Below are positions 63,131 through 64,000 of a stretch of 64,000 nucleotides of DNA, piece after piece (position 1 is the stretch's first letter; every line of letters starts with the position of its first letter). The stretch lies in assembly GCF_036321535.1 (NCBI RefSeq), contig NC_087436.1, positions 117,306,001-117,370,000 of the forward strand. The letters run 5' to 3'. The stretch is from Camelus dromedarius. Taxonomy: Eukaryota. A program made the position numbers and the translations under genes. The notes beneath the pieces were generated by a model. It was given only the letters and a program-made list of their open reading frames with translations, was not told the origin of the DNA and searched no databases.

Positions 63131-63231
63131 CCTATTTGTGCTGCTCACCCCTCCGTCTGCAGATGGGGAAGCCGAGACTCGGAGGGCTTGGTAGTACCCC
63201 AGACCACCCAGCCCTTTCCTGGGTAAAAGAC

Positions 63232-63686
63232 TCTGCATCTTCTGTGTTGCTATAACAAACCACTGCAAATTTAGTGGCTTAAAACAAATTTATTATCACT
63301 CTTCTGGACCTCAGAAGTCCCAACTGAGTCTTATTGGACTGAAATTAAGGTGTTGGCAGAGCCATGGGCAGAGGCCTTAGAGAATTCCATCCCTGCCTCT
63401 TCCAGATTCTGGCGGCTGCCGGCATTCCTTGGCTTGTGGCCACATCACCTGAATCTCTCCCTCTGTGATCACGCTGCCTCCTCCTCTTCTGTAGTTAAAA
63501 CTTCCTTTCATGAGGACACTTGTGACTACCTCCAGGCTAGTCCAGATATTCCAGGAGAATCTCCCACCTTGAGATCCTCGACTTAATCACATCTGCAAAG
63601 TCTCTTTTTTCTTCTAAGGTGACCTATTCACAGGCTCCAGGGATTAGGATGTGAACAGCTTTGGGGGTATTGTCTGCCCTCCTATA
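63232..63686 (-). mobile_element. MaLR solo LTR (MLT1C-like)
   Basis: TTGCTATAACAAACCAC..AAATTTAGTGGCTTAAAACAA; CATTCCTTGGCTTGTGGCCACATCAC; TTAATCACATCTGCAAAG. Confidence 0.85.
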
Positions 63687-64000
63687 GGCTCTCTGAGTCA
63701 CACAGAGGACCAGCGATCTGAGAATTTCTTGGAGCACAAGAAATTCTTTGCACGTCTGTGCAAAGAGCAACAGCCAGCCCACACTCAGCAGCGGTCCCTG
63801 GAGGCAGAGACCTGAAACTGTCCATGTGGCCGTAATAAGAGCTTGCTGCCTGCCAGACTCTTTGGTTCCAGCTTTATGTGCATCATTTCAGTTTATTCTT
63901 TCAATGACTCTTTAAGGTGTGTCATTCTATTCCCACTGTCTTACAGAGGAGGAGACCAAGGTGCAAGGAGGGCAAGGTAACTTGCAGCGGAGACCTGAAC

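Noticed and set aside
1..64000. CRISPR arrays, operons, prokaryotic defence or mobile systems
   Set aside because: The sequence is mammalian. No regularly spaced repeat-spacer array or gene-dense region is present.

Overview
Mammalian genomic DNA, very probably a camelid (alpaca/llama/camel), inferred from the young tRNA-derived SINEs and L1 3' ends. The window is the SLC2A9-DRD5 locus. The left end (1-7898) is the last intron of SLC2A9/GLUT9 (+ strand), followed by its terminal coding exon (7899-8153) and a poly(A) signal at 8222. About 43 kb of repeat-rich intergenic DNA follows (ERV-L provirus remnant, MaLR/ERV1 solo LTRs, L1, L2, MIR, hAT MERs, microsatellites). The convergent, intronless dopamine D5 receptor gene DRD5 lies on the - strand (51686-53116) in a CpG island. 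Almost all other ORFs in the track are noise or transposon remnants. I see no evidence for a new multi-gene system. The strongest oddities are: (1) the DRD5 initiator codon reads ATA instead of ATG, with no in-frame upstream ATG and two unusual ICL2 substitutions; (2) an out-of-frame ATG uORF overlaps the DRD5 start; (3) a ~340-bp diverged direct duplication spanning a repeat-repeat junction brackets DRD5 (37.6 kb and 57.0 kb); (4) a ~350-bp element joins an L1 5' end directly to an L1 3' end; (5) there are punctate CpG-rich patches inside ancient repeats. Repeat family names come from recalled consensus motifs, boundaries of old repeats are approximate, and many small MIR/L2 fragments are not listed.
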